Assembly (NCBI GenBank): GCA_964016885.1
Contig: OZ024745.1
Location: 77,996,001-78,060,000 of the forward strand
Source of the DNA: Eledone cirrhosa
Lineage: Eukaryota
Direction: 5' to 3'
DNA length: 64,000 nucleotides
The position numbers and the translations under genes were made by a program. The first letter of the stretch is position 1, and every line of letters starts with the position of its first letter. This document shows, one piece after another, positions 12,684 to 24,466 of this stretch. The notes beneath the pieces were generated by a model, which was not told the DNA's origin, searched no databases, and saw only the letters and a list, made by a program, of their open reading frames with translations.

Positions 12684-12688
<5 letters not shown>
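11834..12688 (+). mobile_element. Non-autonomous HHR element (retrozyme-like), 648-bp unit plus ~207-bp terminal direct repeat, inserted in (TA)n
   Basis: 11834-12040 is nearly identical to 12482-12688; internal HHR; TA runs on both sides; no meaningful ORF. Confidence 0.8.
12341..12413 (+). ncRNA. Type I hammerhead ribozyme with extended stem II
   Basis: ctc CTGAAGA gtccg [gagtttccaa-agtta-ttggaaatctc hairpin] cggac GAAA ccatgg TA gag. Confidence 0.85.
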
Positions 12689-12725
<37 letters not shown>

Positions 12726-13253
12726 ATAATAATAAATTTGAAGACTAAAATCCAAAGAGGGCTTGATAAGGATAAATATATATCAAATATATAAGAACCG
12801 TAGAGAAAATATTTATTAAAATAACAGATTAAAGTTTAAGAAAAGAATCGCTGCTTTCACCCTTAACGGGATCTTCTGAAACTAACAAAGTCAATCTGTG
12901 AACGCAGAAGTGAATATTTCAAAAAACGTTGCAACCGGAAGAAGACAGGAAGACGATACTTTGGTTCGTGGAAACGTTCCCTGGCAAATAACGGGAAAAA
13001 ACGAATATAAACGTTTGGAGCGGTGAAAAACAATTACACGCAAAGACAAAACCACGTTTATGGTATAAAAGAAGTCGTAGTCTAATATTCTATTAGGTGG
13101 TTCATAGAGACGTTCTCTGGCAATGAACGGAAAAAACGAAATGCCGACTGAGTATGCACGTGTATGTTTTTTTCTTCCCATTTCATTTTCTTATTTTCCT
13201 CTTTCCTCTCTCTCATCACCCTTTACAATATCTTCTATTTCTAACTCACTCTG

Positions 13254-13380
13254 TCTTCTGATGAAGGACTAGTGTCCGAACTGTTAAGAATCTCTTCCTG
13301 CCTTTTTACGCGTTAAACTAATATATTTCTTCCACGTGATGTGCCGTTTTGTTATTTTTGTTATTACTTTTACGTTCATA
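13254..13380 (+). mobile_element. Degenerate minimal-HHR element 3' end (relatives at ~600-640 minus and ~31270-31390 plus)
   Basis: tctt CTGATGA aggac tagt gtcc GAActgtt aaga (GAAA box mutated), followed by a T-rich tail into (TA)n. Confidence 0.55.
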
Positions 13381-13392
13381 CATATATATATT

Positions 13393-13513
<121 letters not shown>

Positions 13514-15195
13514 GTGTGTGTGTGTGTGTGATATGATAACTGCCACTTCTATACAGAAGATGGCCATCTCTTCGGCGAATTACCAGCTATTATGAACCAC
13601 CACCAACTGCAGGCTGGTGGACAGTTTGATGACTGAACCGGCTTTATTTATGTCAACGTTTATAGATTCTTATCATGCATTATGGGTGAGCAGTGAATCC
13701 CCCAAAGGGGCTTCTCAGACGTTCATGATTCTGGTTAACAGGTTAACAGTGCCACAACGTTAGAATATGACTCGAACAGTCCACGTGTAGATTTGTGATT
13801 ATGTTCTTCTAACCGGTTGAGTCTGCACATGTTTCCACTCCTCCACCGCCTTGGGACTTATAAAGAAACATCTGCAGATAAAGATGGCAATGCTACTTGC
13901 TTGTGCTACACACATAGTATCCACTCCATACCTGCAGCTGTGTGGCCAGTGACAAGCCTAGGTAAGATAACAGCACAATTACGAGGACCATATGTGTTAT
14001 TGTCATAGTGTCTAACTTTTCCAGTGGATGGAGGCCCACGCATCATGCTTGGAAACGGCGTTAAATAAGACTTAAGCCACCTGCGTGTAGGTTAGCAACT
14101 GTATGCTTCCAACTATTGAGGTCTGTATACGTCACTGCTTCCCCATCGCTGCAGGAGTTTTAATCTGCACAAGAAGATCAAAGTATCATGTTTTTGTGAT
14201 ACACAGATGCGCTCACTAAGTATTAACAACCAGAATCCAATGACAAGCAGATGCAGGGAGACCGGTAACCGTATCAACCACAAATGTTTCAGAGTGCCAT
14301 TTTCGAAGAAAAAAAAAAAAAATAATGGAAGCTGTATCAAACGCAGGTTTTTCAAGATAAAATATAAATAGGATAGATAAATAAATAAGATAAAATGAAA
14401 TAAAGAAGAATGATTTAAAAGTTAAAATTTGAAAAGTTGAAAAAATTCCAGATAGTCAATCCTCCACACACCCACATATATATATTTATACACCCACACA
14501 ATATATACATCATGTGTATAAACTATTGAATGACCGCTGACTCTCACAAGTCCCTCCACTTTGTTTTAGGTTTGGTTTTCCTCCAGCAGGGTGTCCAAAA
14601 TCACCCTCCTCACCAAGCAGGGGGGTTTTTTTGGGGGGGGAGGCTGGTTTAGTCGCTGAAAATCGGACCGTAAGACGATGTGTATTGGATTACATGCTAC
14701 CAGTAGCACGCAGGAGCGAGATGTCATAAAAACATACATACGTAGGTAAACACATAACGACACATAACCACACACATACACACACATACACACAGAGACA
14801 CACACACACACACAGTTATAGCGTTCTCATACCCTGCTATCTATGGTTTTGGCCTAACTCTCGGATCCCAACAGATATAAAAGTATTTTGTACTCTATAC
14901 TCTATTGGGACTTATCCAAAGACGATTAGCACTAATGATTGGTTCACGTCTCCCCTAGCTTGCCAAAATCAATAGTTGGTAATCGATGATCGATTGCGTA
15001 GATCGATTTTTGTTACGGTTTAAAAACCATGAAATGGTACCTTCAGGAAAGAAGAATGTTTCCACCTTAAAGTACGTATTTTTTACCTAAATATTATGTG
15101 ATTTATATATGTGCAAAGTACTATGTTTCTCAAACGATACATAGCTCTTTATCTCTATATTACATATGTCTTTTAATTTGAATTATATATATATT

Positions 15196-15226
<31 letters not shown>

Positions 15227-15271
15227 ATAAGGAAAATGATTTATAAAAATGGGTTTGAAAAACGCCCCTGG

Positions 15272-15326
<55 letters not shown>

Positions 15327-15555
15327 ATCTTTATAACATGCTGATGTTCGACATGGGGAAATGTTTTGATGATCCAAGCCGGAGAAAGAAGCTTTGCTAA
15401 CATCAATTTTGGTGCATGTTATAATGATCCTTATATAACGTGATCTGTATAGAATGTTTTCTAACAATTACGCTTTTTTCTCTATATAAATATAGTGAAT
15501 GATTTCCTTCAAATGAAATAGTTCTAGTCCTGTAGAAGCCATTTCTATATTAAAT

Positions 15556-15642
<87 letters not shown>

Positions 15643-15792
15643 CGAAGGAGTTGTGGTAAGGAACCAGATGGACCATAACGCACCAGAGTACTCAATACTT
15701 AGGGTAGTAGAGTGGGTAACAGGAAAATGTATCACTCCGACGTCAGAGCTCAAAACGGCTTGAACTCTGCCGTCGGATTCATACATTTTACT

Positions 15793-15857
<65 letters not shown>
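15793..15857. repeat. (GATA)n microsatellite at LINE 3' end
   Basis: About 16 perfect GATA units directly abutting the LINE 3' UTR. Confidence 0.95.
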
Positions 15858-15858
<1 letters not shown>

Positions 15859-16090
15859 TTCTTTATTTGCCACAAGGGCGCACAAGAAAAGGGGACAATA
15901 CAAAGACATGCCGAGGATTTTATATACAGTCGTGTAAAAAATATAAAACAAACAATTACAACAATCGAAATCCCCAATAGGGGGGACGCGCCACAAATGG
16001 GTTGTTTAATACCCCGTCGATAGAACAACCCTCAACTCCAGGAGCGTGTTGTGCAAGTGCTTCTTTCTTCCTTTTGCTCTCTTCTTTAAC

Positions 16091-19000
16091 CTACAGGCTT
16101 ATAAACAGAGAAGGCCCAATCACTCGGGCCATTTTTGCCACATTCACCCACCTTTCAATTTAGTGGGGTGCAGTGCCTCTCTCTCCACTCTGATTCTCCT
16201 TCTAAAGTGATATTGTTGTCCGGAGAGAAAGGTTTAGGCGGGAAGTGGTCGTCAGTCATCCCGTCTAATTGGTTATAGTTTACTGGCACATTTCAAAGAA
16301 GGAATAAAGACATACCTCAATTTATGTTACAAAATATATACGAATACATTAATGCTCCTAGGTTGGTGTTGGTGTCATCTCTTGAGCCGCTGCGTGATTA
16401 TCGCACGTCTATTGTCTCCAAGCACTCATTGTCGAAGTGTTTTTGTCTCAGCCACTGACGTCAGAACGTGACGTCAGAACTAAGGGGAGTTAATCGACTG
16501 TGTAGGCAGTCGACGCTAGATGGCATCTGTCCTCAGTCCTCTCAATCTCGTCCACCATATAACCTTTCACCATAGCCACTGTACAGAGGAAAACGCCTCT
16601 CTTTCGTTTTTGAAAGAGGCTGGCGGTTTGATCCTTACTATGGACTCAGCAGTCAACTGGATTTGTCCCATACGCGACAGCAGTTGTTCTGCATAGTTCC
16701 ACAGGTCGGTTACGCCCGGGCAGTGTACAATTGCGTGCAGGACGGTTTCAATGTGCTGGGCGCATCTTGGACACGTCCTCTTGGAAGGATCCCTGTGGGG
16801 GTGTCCGTGCCTGTAGATCTTGTCACGAACTGGTAGAGCTCCTCAGGCAACACTGCCAGGCCAGGGACCTCTGGAAGTTGTCCATAGGTCCCAGGTGGAA
16901 AGTCCTACCAAACAGACTGGTGAGCTCATCGTCTTCGACGCCCAGAGTCTCTCCAAGCACGTCGTCGCTCTTGTAACGTACAATCCCTCTATAGAATGTC
17001 GAAGTGGATTCTCCACTGATTGCTGTGCCCGCTTGCCAGGCGCCCATCATTTTTGGTCTTTTCTTGACCCAGGACTGCAGCTCCGTCAGCGAGACGAGCT
17101 GCGGGAAAGCCTGTCTCACAAACGGTGCCCACACCGGTTGGGGGTCGCTGAGGAATACCTGGAGATGCTTCAGCCTCAGCGCATGTTTGCGCATCATCAG
17201 CCACGGCATTCCCAGCCCTCCGTTGGAAGGGTGCTGACAGCAGACGGATCTCCTCACCAGCGGAGCCTGCTTCTTCCACAGAAACTGGAAGAGCATGCGT
17301 TATCTCTTGGCGAGGTGTTCACGGGGACAAGGCACGAAAGTCAAGCGGTAGTAGATGACGGACGCTGTGAAAGTGTTCGCCACCTCCGCTCGACCTTTCA
17401 AGGACAGTTTGCACTCTGCCCACTTCTGAGTGAGCGCAAACACCTTGGCGGTGACCTCGTTCCAGTTTTTCTCTACCTAGAGGTCTGGACCGAACCAGAC
17501 CCCGAGCAATTTCACCATTCTGTCCGTCCAGCGTCCAACGACGCTGTCGGACGTCATCGGTTTGCCTCTCCACGTACCGAGTTGCAAACCGACAGACTTG
17601 TCCGGGTTTACTTTTGCTCCCGTCAGCGTTTCGTATTCTTTCAGTAAGTTGCCGATCACCCCGATTTCCGAGGTGCTCGACACCATTACCGTCCCGTCGT
17701 CGGCATAAGCCGACGCCGCTTTGCGCAGTCCCGGTTCTAGAGGGATGCCTGCAACAGCTCCAATTTCCGCAATAGTGGCTCTAGAGTCAATACATACAAA
17801 ATGGAGGAGAGAGGGCACCCCTGAGGAATGGAACGCGTGATTGCGAACGGCTCCGATAAGTAGCCGTTCACCTTGACCCTCGAGCAGATGCTGGTGTGCA
17901 TCGCCTCGATCCAGCTTCTGAAAACGGGACCGAAACCGGCCGCCTTGAGAACCGCTTCCAAGTATCGATGGTCGACCCTATCGAATGCCTTAGACTGATC
18001 CAAATTGATCAGAGCCCCACCGAAGCCGGGTTTACTACCCACCCTCTCTATGATGTATCGCATGAGGTGGAGGTTGTCGTGTATGGACCTGGTCGGATTG
18101 CACACGTTTGCGCTTTCCCTTCCAGGTTCTCGACGACAAGCGCCAACCTCGTCGCTAGCACCTTGGCCAAAATCTTTAACTCTGTGTTGAGCAGAGTTAT
18201 GGGCCTGAAGTTGTTCATTTCGTCCCTCTTGTTCTCGTCTTTCCTCATCAGCGTTACTACGCCCTTGCCTGCAGAACTGGGAATTCTCCCGTTCTGCTGC
18301 CAATTGCAATAACCGGCTTCAAGGACGCTAGAGAACAAGTCCGGCATGCCTATGTAAAACTCATAGGGTAGACCATCTAGACCGGGTGACTTGCGTTTAC
18401 CGCAGCGGCCCAGAGCGTCCAGTATCTCAGTGTCCGTGATCGATCTTTCCCAGAACTCGGCGTCCGTGTTCGAGAGACGTGGTAGGCCGTCGAGGTATGA
18501 ACTAAAGTCCATTACCCCGTTCGGCTCACCGTCGTTCTGCTCAAACAGTCGCGCAAAATGCTGCTGAAAGGCCGCGCACATTTGCTTGGGGTCAAGTAGC
18601 ACGCGTCCTTTTTGGTCTTTCAAAGACCGAATCGTGGACTTGTTGCCACTTTTTGCCACTTGGGCTCAGCTGACAGCTTTCACTCCTTCGTTTCCTAGAG
18701 CACGTGTTTTTCTTCTGACCACGCAGCCTTCGTGTTTCGCATCGAAGAACTGGTCCAGTGCCGTTCACGACGCTAACACTCTAGCCGCGTTGTCACTTCT
18801 AAGTGCCTCCTCTACCCTGGCTACTAGTTCTCTTTCTATTCTGTTTTTCTCTAAGGCTAACTCTCTGCTAAACCCTACTCTAATTGCTTTCTTGAGAGAG
18901 TACCACCATATATTGTTGGCGATGGCTCCCGTTAACTGTTGCTTGACTAGTCTACTTATCCGTTCATTGTAAGCTTTACGTGCCGGCAACGACACGTTCA

Positions 19001-19718
19001 GCTTCCAGTATCCAGGTCCCTGTTTATGTGTTCTGTCACGGTTGACTATGCAGACGACTAATTTGTGATCTGAATAGGCAACCATGTGCATTCGTGGACA
19101 GCTTAACATCTCCTTGTCCCTTTCTCTAATGAAGAACCTATCTAAATACGATCTAGATGTCCCGCTGCGGTTTGCCTACGTCCACTGTGGTGCAGTCGGG
19201 AAATCCAGTCGATACCTATCGGCCAGTTGAAATTGGCCGATTAAAGTGTTGAGGCTGTTGCACCCCCTCTACTGTGAAATGCTCCCACATAGTCCCATCG
19301 TGCATCTAGGATACCATTCCAGTCCCCCACTAAAAGTAAGGAGCGAGATATTCCCAGAAAAGACTCTAGACGCTTAAAGAGGTCTGGCCGTGATTGCGAT
19401 TGCCCGGTCGGGGCATAAACGATCACCAGTCTGAAGGCTCCACCTCCTATACTGTTCACGTCTAGGACTACCAGTCTACCCTCCGGGTCCAAGTGTACTT
19501 GCTGTATTTCGACGTCCAGGTTCTTCCGAAACATGACAGCCACTCTCCTTCCACCTCCTGGCTGACAGATGGAGGTTAGTTGCTGCCTGTTGTGGATCCT
19601 GGACTCGGTGATGGCTATCACATCCATACCGTGTGACCTAAAGTCGTTTAAAAGTTGGCCGTTTCCAGGGCATCCCTAGGCCACGCACATTCACGCTTCC
19701 AAATCGTAAACTAGCCAT
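16091..19718 (-). pseudogene. Tx1-like ORF2 (APE endonuclease + RT + C-terminal Zn region), multiple frameshifts and stops
   Basis: Starts MASLRFGSVNVRGL; VYAP, LVGDWN, YLDRF, SDHK, GYWKLN, KSPGLDGLPYEFY, FRPITLLN, LDQSKAFDRVDH, QGCPLS, AYADD, GGLGMP. Confidence 0.88.
16234..16525. mobile_element. ~290-bp unclassified insertion in LINE ORF2 (possible solo LTR)
   Basis: Absent from the paralogous segment at ~22195-22215 (gagagaaaggt|gtctgacctcag); carries AATAAA and two TGACGTCA motifs. Confidence 0.6.
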
Positions 19719-19759
19719 GTTGGTGGAGAAGAGTTGGCGAAAAGGACGAAAAGGTGCAC

Positions 19760-21584
19760 TTACCTTTTCGTTTCCTGGAGATCGGGTTGTTCAATCTCCA
19801 TTGCAGTTCTGGTGTGGGTGTTGGGTGGGGTGGGGTGGAGAAACATTTTAATAAGACGCGGTTAATAGGTTTTTGACAGGGGTTGCCAACATCCTGCGAA
19901 AACTGTTTTTTTCAATTTCTGATAGGTTTCTATCGAAACCCTTATTAGTTTTAGGTGTGGAGACGATTCTGCTTTGACAAAAGTTTTGCCCTCCATCTCC
20001 ACCTTGGGGTTTTGGGAGATGACCTCTATCAAACTCTTGTTGTTTGTGTTGATGTATGCGTATTGTTGTTTGTATTTTTGTTGTGTTGTTTTAGTTTGTT
20101 GTTCGTCCGGGGGTTTTCTTTTTATGGTGGGTGCTTGTGTTTGGGGTGGTGTTGGTGTTGGTTTTGCTGGTAGGGGGGTGTTTGACTGTGGTGTTGTTTG
20201 TGTTGTTGTTTGTGTCTGTGGTTGTGTGTTGGTGTTGGTGATTGGAGTTTTGGGGGTTTTGTGGTGTCTCTTTTTTTGTATTTTAGATTTCCGAGGCTCT
20301 CCTTCTTCTTCACTTAAAGAAGGAGAAGCAACCTCATCTGTCGATGAATAATCATCGTCGGGAGTGTGGGGTAGGGGTATGTTGTGTGGTGGTGGTGTTT
20401 CGGTGTGTGTGTTTGTGGTAGTGTTTGATGGAGTGGGATGGGGTGGGGCTGTGTTCTTCAGGGGTGTTGTCAGTGTTTTTTATGTTGTTGTTGGTTGAGT
20501 GGCTGTTTGTTTTGGTGTTGGTGTCGGTAATAGTGTTTTTTTAATGATGTTGTTGTGGTGTGTTTGTGAAGGACATGAGGCCTTTAGGTGTGCTGTGCTA
20601 CCACAGCGAAAGCAATGAAGTTTACCACCCTCCACCGAAATGTTTAGATTTTTGTTGTCGTCGCTGACGACTTTTTCGGGTATTTTGGACCCGCCCACCT
20701 TTGTCTAATAGACTTTCGTATCGAAAGAATCATATCAGTCTCTGGCTCTACGAAGCCAGCCAAGATCCACCAGATGTTAATGTTTGGTGGTATATTTTTA
20801 TTTTTTATTTTTTGTGTCCTTTTTCCCATGTACGTAGGGAAAAAGGTGAATGCTTTTGACACCATTGGTGTCACAGAATGTTTTGGGGCGAGTGCCTCGC
20901 TTTTAAACAGTACGGAAACACTTCCGTGCTGTTTTCCTCGTTGGAGAAAGTCAATATTTGCCAGAGTCTCCTTGAAGGTGGCTTCTATATCTCCCTGACT
21001 AACAAATATTGGCTTTCTCGTTGTGTTTGGAGACAGTCCTAAAGGTCACTTCGAACAGTCTCTTCTTTTATTTCGAGGGGTAAGTTAATTCTAAACCCAC
21101 CCTTGTCTTAGAAAGTTACAAATGTTCTCCCTTGCTGGAGCATATCTCTTGCATTGGAGATGTCAAGATTTATAAAATCTTGTTTTTTGTTCACTGTTTC
21201 AGCGAAAGACATTTTTTTGTGTGGTGTTGCTGTTGTTGCTGTTGTTGTTCTCGTTGTTAGCCTCGGTGTTGGAAATCCCAATTTCTTGACGACGTGAAAC
21301 TTTATGTGTAGATGTATCTGTGGAGTTGTTGTTGTTGTTGTCATTTTCACTGTATGTATGTTAATAGGTTTAATTCCTGTGTTTTCCTGTGTCTTATTGT
21401 TATTTTTCTCCGCTTCGAGGGTAGAAATTTTAAAATCTTCAAGTGGTAATATTTGTTTCTCTTTGTTGACAGTCGTATCTATGGCGACGTCCATAGTAGC
21501 AGAAGCAGATATAACGTTAATATCTGCCTCTCTACCTCTCTTCTCTCTGTCGATGTTCTCTAGCGTTCTTTCCGAGTTATTCAT
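19760..21584 (-). pseudogene. Tx1-like ORF1 (gag-like nucleic-acid-binding protein), fragmented
   Basis: Zinc knuckle CFRCGSTAHLKASC in ORF 20480-20698; collinear ORF pieces upstream of ORF2; Thr/Pro-rich low complexity. Confidence 0.7.
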
Positions 21585-21811
21585 GTTTTATTGTTGGCAA
21601 ATTTGTTATTTTATAACAATTTTTAAATTAAATTTTCGCCCCTAAAGGGCGAAAAATGGGATTACCACCCAGCTAACAATTCAGCTTGGGGGTTAATCTA
21701 CAAAATGATGTTTTTTCAAACAATTAGTTCAGTTTTTTACATAGAAATTAACAAAAAAGCTTACCGGCGATGTTCCACGCGTCAGGCAGATAAAGAGATA
21801 GATAGATAGAT

Positions 21812-23015
21812 AAATTTCTTTATTAGCCACAAGGGCACAAAAGAAGGGGACAAATACAAATGGGGAGTTTACATACAGGTATATGAAAATAAAACTATTA
21901 ATACAATAACAAATAACAATTGAAATCCCCAATAGGGGGAGGTGTTACACAGGGGTTGTACACACCCCGAAAAAATGTACAACCCTCATCTCCAGGAGCA
22001 CCAAGAGTGAGTACTCCCTTCCTCACTTCCTCTTTTTCCTCAATCTTATATAGAGAGAAGGCCCAACCATCTCGGGCCATCTTTGCAACATTCACCCACC
22101 TTTTATAAAATTTGCTGGGGTACAGCACCTCTTTCTCCATCCTGATTCTTCTTCCAAAATGATATTTGAAAAAAACGAATCAGTTGCTCGCCGGAGAGAA
22201 AGGTGTCTGACCTCAGCCCTTTCAACCTCGTCCATCATATAACCTCTTTCACCATAGCCATAACACATAGGAAAACCGCCTCTCCCTCGTTTTTGAAGGA
22301 GGGTGGCGGTTTGATCATGACAATGGACTCGGTGGTCAACTGGACTGGTCCCACCCGCGACAATAATCGTTCTACATAGCCCCACAAGTCGGTAACGCCC
22401 TGGCAGTGTACAAATGCGTGTGCGACGGTTTCCTCGTCGCGCACGTATCTCGGACAGATCTTTTTCGAAGGGTCCTTACCCAAGCGCCCGTGTCTGTAGA
22501 GTTTGTCTCGAAATGGTAGAGCTCCTCGGTAGCACTGCCAGGCCAAGGACTTTTGGAAGTTGTCCATTGGTCCCGGGCGGAAGGTCCTACCGAACAGACT
22601 GGCCAGTTCGTCCTCCTCTACGCCTAGAGTTTTCTCCGAGCGTGTCGTCGCACTTGCTGCGGACCAACCCTCTATAGAATGTAGAAGTGGAGTCTCTACT
22701 GTTCGCCGGGTCCATTTGCCAGAGGATTGTGAGCGCCTGAGCACATTCGATGTGCCAGTCGCCCATTTTCCTCGGTCTTTGCTTGACCCAGGACTGCAGC
22801 TCGGTCAGTGAGACGAGTCGTGGGAAGACTCGCCTCACAAACGGAGCCCACACCGGTTGTCTGGTGAGGAATACGTGAAGGTGCCGCAGCCTGAGCGCGT
22901 GTTTGCGCATCGTGAGCCACGGCCTCCCCAGCCCTCCGTTTGAAGGGTGTTGGCAGCAGATGGATCTTCTCACCAAAGGAGCCCGTTTCTTCCAAAGGAA
23001 TTGGAAGAGCGCGCG
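21812..23015 (-). mobile_element. Second, 5'-truncated Tx1-like LINE copy
   Basis: RRSICCQHPSNGGLG..MDNFQKSLAWQC..CPRY..ETVAHAFVHC is paralogous to 15858-17300; flanked by GATA repeats at 21788-21811 and 23021-23037. Confidence 0.88.
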
Positions 23016-23042
23016 CTTTTATAGATAGATAGATAGATTATG

Positions 23043-23092
<50 letters not shown>

Positions 23093-23148
23093 CGTGTGCG
23101 TGTGCGTGTGCGTGTGCGTGTGGTGTGTGCGTGTGTGTGTGTGTGTGT

Positions 23149-23179
<31 letters not shown>

Positions 23180-24466
23180 ATTCGATTCGCTTTGTCTCAA
23201 TTCTTATTTCATTCTTGATTCCTGGAATAACCTATGAATGGTTCCTAGAATTGCCGGGAACTAGTGAATATTAGACCCCTACTCCTCATTGGCTTTTGCT
23301 CTTCATTCGCCTCTTACTACTACTAATACTATTACTACTACTGTTGCTGCTACTACAACTACTGCTGATGCTTCTACTCCTGCCGTGCTACTGCTACTAA
23401 TACTACTGCTTCTGCTGATTCTACTACTATTGCTAAATATTATGTGCCTAACGTTGTTACCATAATATATTTTTTTATGGCAATGAAGTGACCAAGGCTT
23501 ATTACTGGTACTTGTTATGTCAATCTTGAAAAGACGGAAAGAGAAATTGGGATTAATAGGATTTGAACTCAGAACGTATATTTTTGAAAGAAACGAAATA
23601 CTGCAAGGGTTAGTGTGAGACACATTGCGGTTTTATAACTACTGGTTGATAATGATTGCAATGATGTTATTGGTGATTGCTGGTGATATTGATGAATATA
23701 ATGATGAAGATGGTGATGACAACGACGTTACTGCTGCTGCTGATGATGATACTAATTTTGATGATGGTGATAACATTTTTTTAGTGTACAGTCTCATAGA
23801 TGTTGAACACTGCACCTCTGGGTAATATAATAATGATGTCATTCATTGAGAAATCGTGAGAAAATATTGCACAAGATTGTGTAACTGATAGTACCATGGT
23901 TAACCAACGAATCAAATAAGAGTTTATTAATCACCAAAATATCGTATGACTGCAAACAACATAGCCATTCCCCAGTACCTCTATCGTGCTTGTAATATAT
24001 GGGTGTGTCATATTAAAGTGACACCCTTAGATTTTGGGTGTATGTATATTTCTATGTGCCTATATATGTGCTGTGTGCGCGTATGTGTATCTGATATGTG
24101 CATGCATGCGTGTGTGTATAGAGAGTGTATTTATGTGTGTATGTATGGCTTGTATCTGAAAGACGATTCTGGAATATATAAGAAATTAATAGAAGAGAGC
24201 ATTAAAAGTAAAAAAAAGTATAGGTTAAAATAAAAAAAGATTTTAAATTGTATTTTTTTTATACTTCGGGGAAAATATTCGTCCGCTCCCATGATGGAGT
24301 TGTGAATCATATGATGAATTTGCCCGATTTTATTCTCTTTTTCGTTTTCCCTGGGGATTGCATCGAGGTGAATCTCGATGTTATTTATATTACTGATGTA
24401 ACAGGTTTCATCAGCTTCCTTTCGAATTAGAAGGTTCAATTATTTTCCTTAATGGAAACGCTCACC

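Larger units (their letters stand above)
15858..21787 (-). mobile_element. L1/Tx1-clade non-LTR retrotransposon, near full length, decayed
   Basis: ORF1 with CCHC knuckle, ORF2 with APE endonuclease and RT; 3' UTR shared with the copy at 21812-23015; GATA repeats at both ends. Confidence 0.88.

Noticed and set aside
12845-12885. HHR-like motif on the minus strand (CAGAAGA tccc gttaa gggt GAAA gc); similar half-motifs at ~27250, ~40370 and ~45805
   Set aside because: The core is mutated or the 5' half or stem I is absent; not called as ribozymes.
16820-17647. 275-aa plus-strand ORF
   Set aside because: It is antisense to the GC-rich LINE ORF2 and has no recognisable domain.
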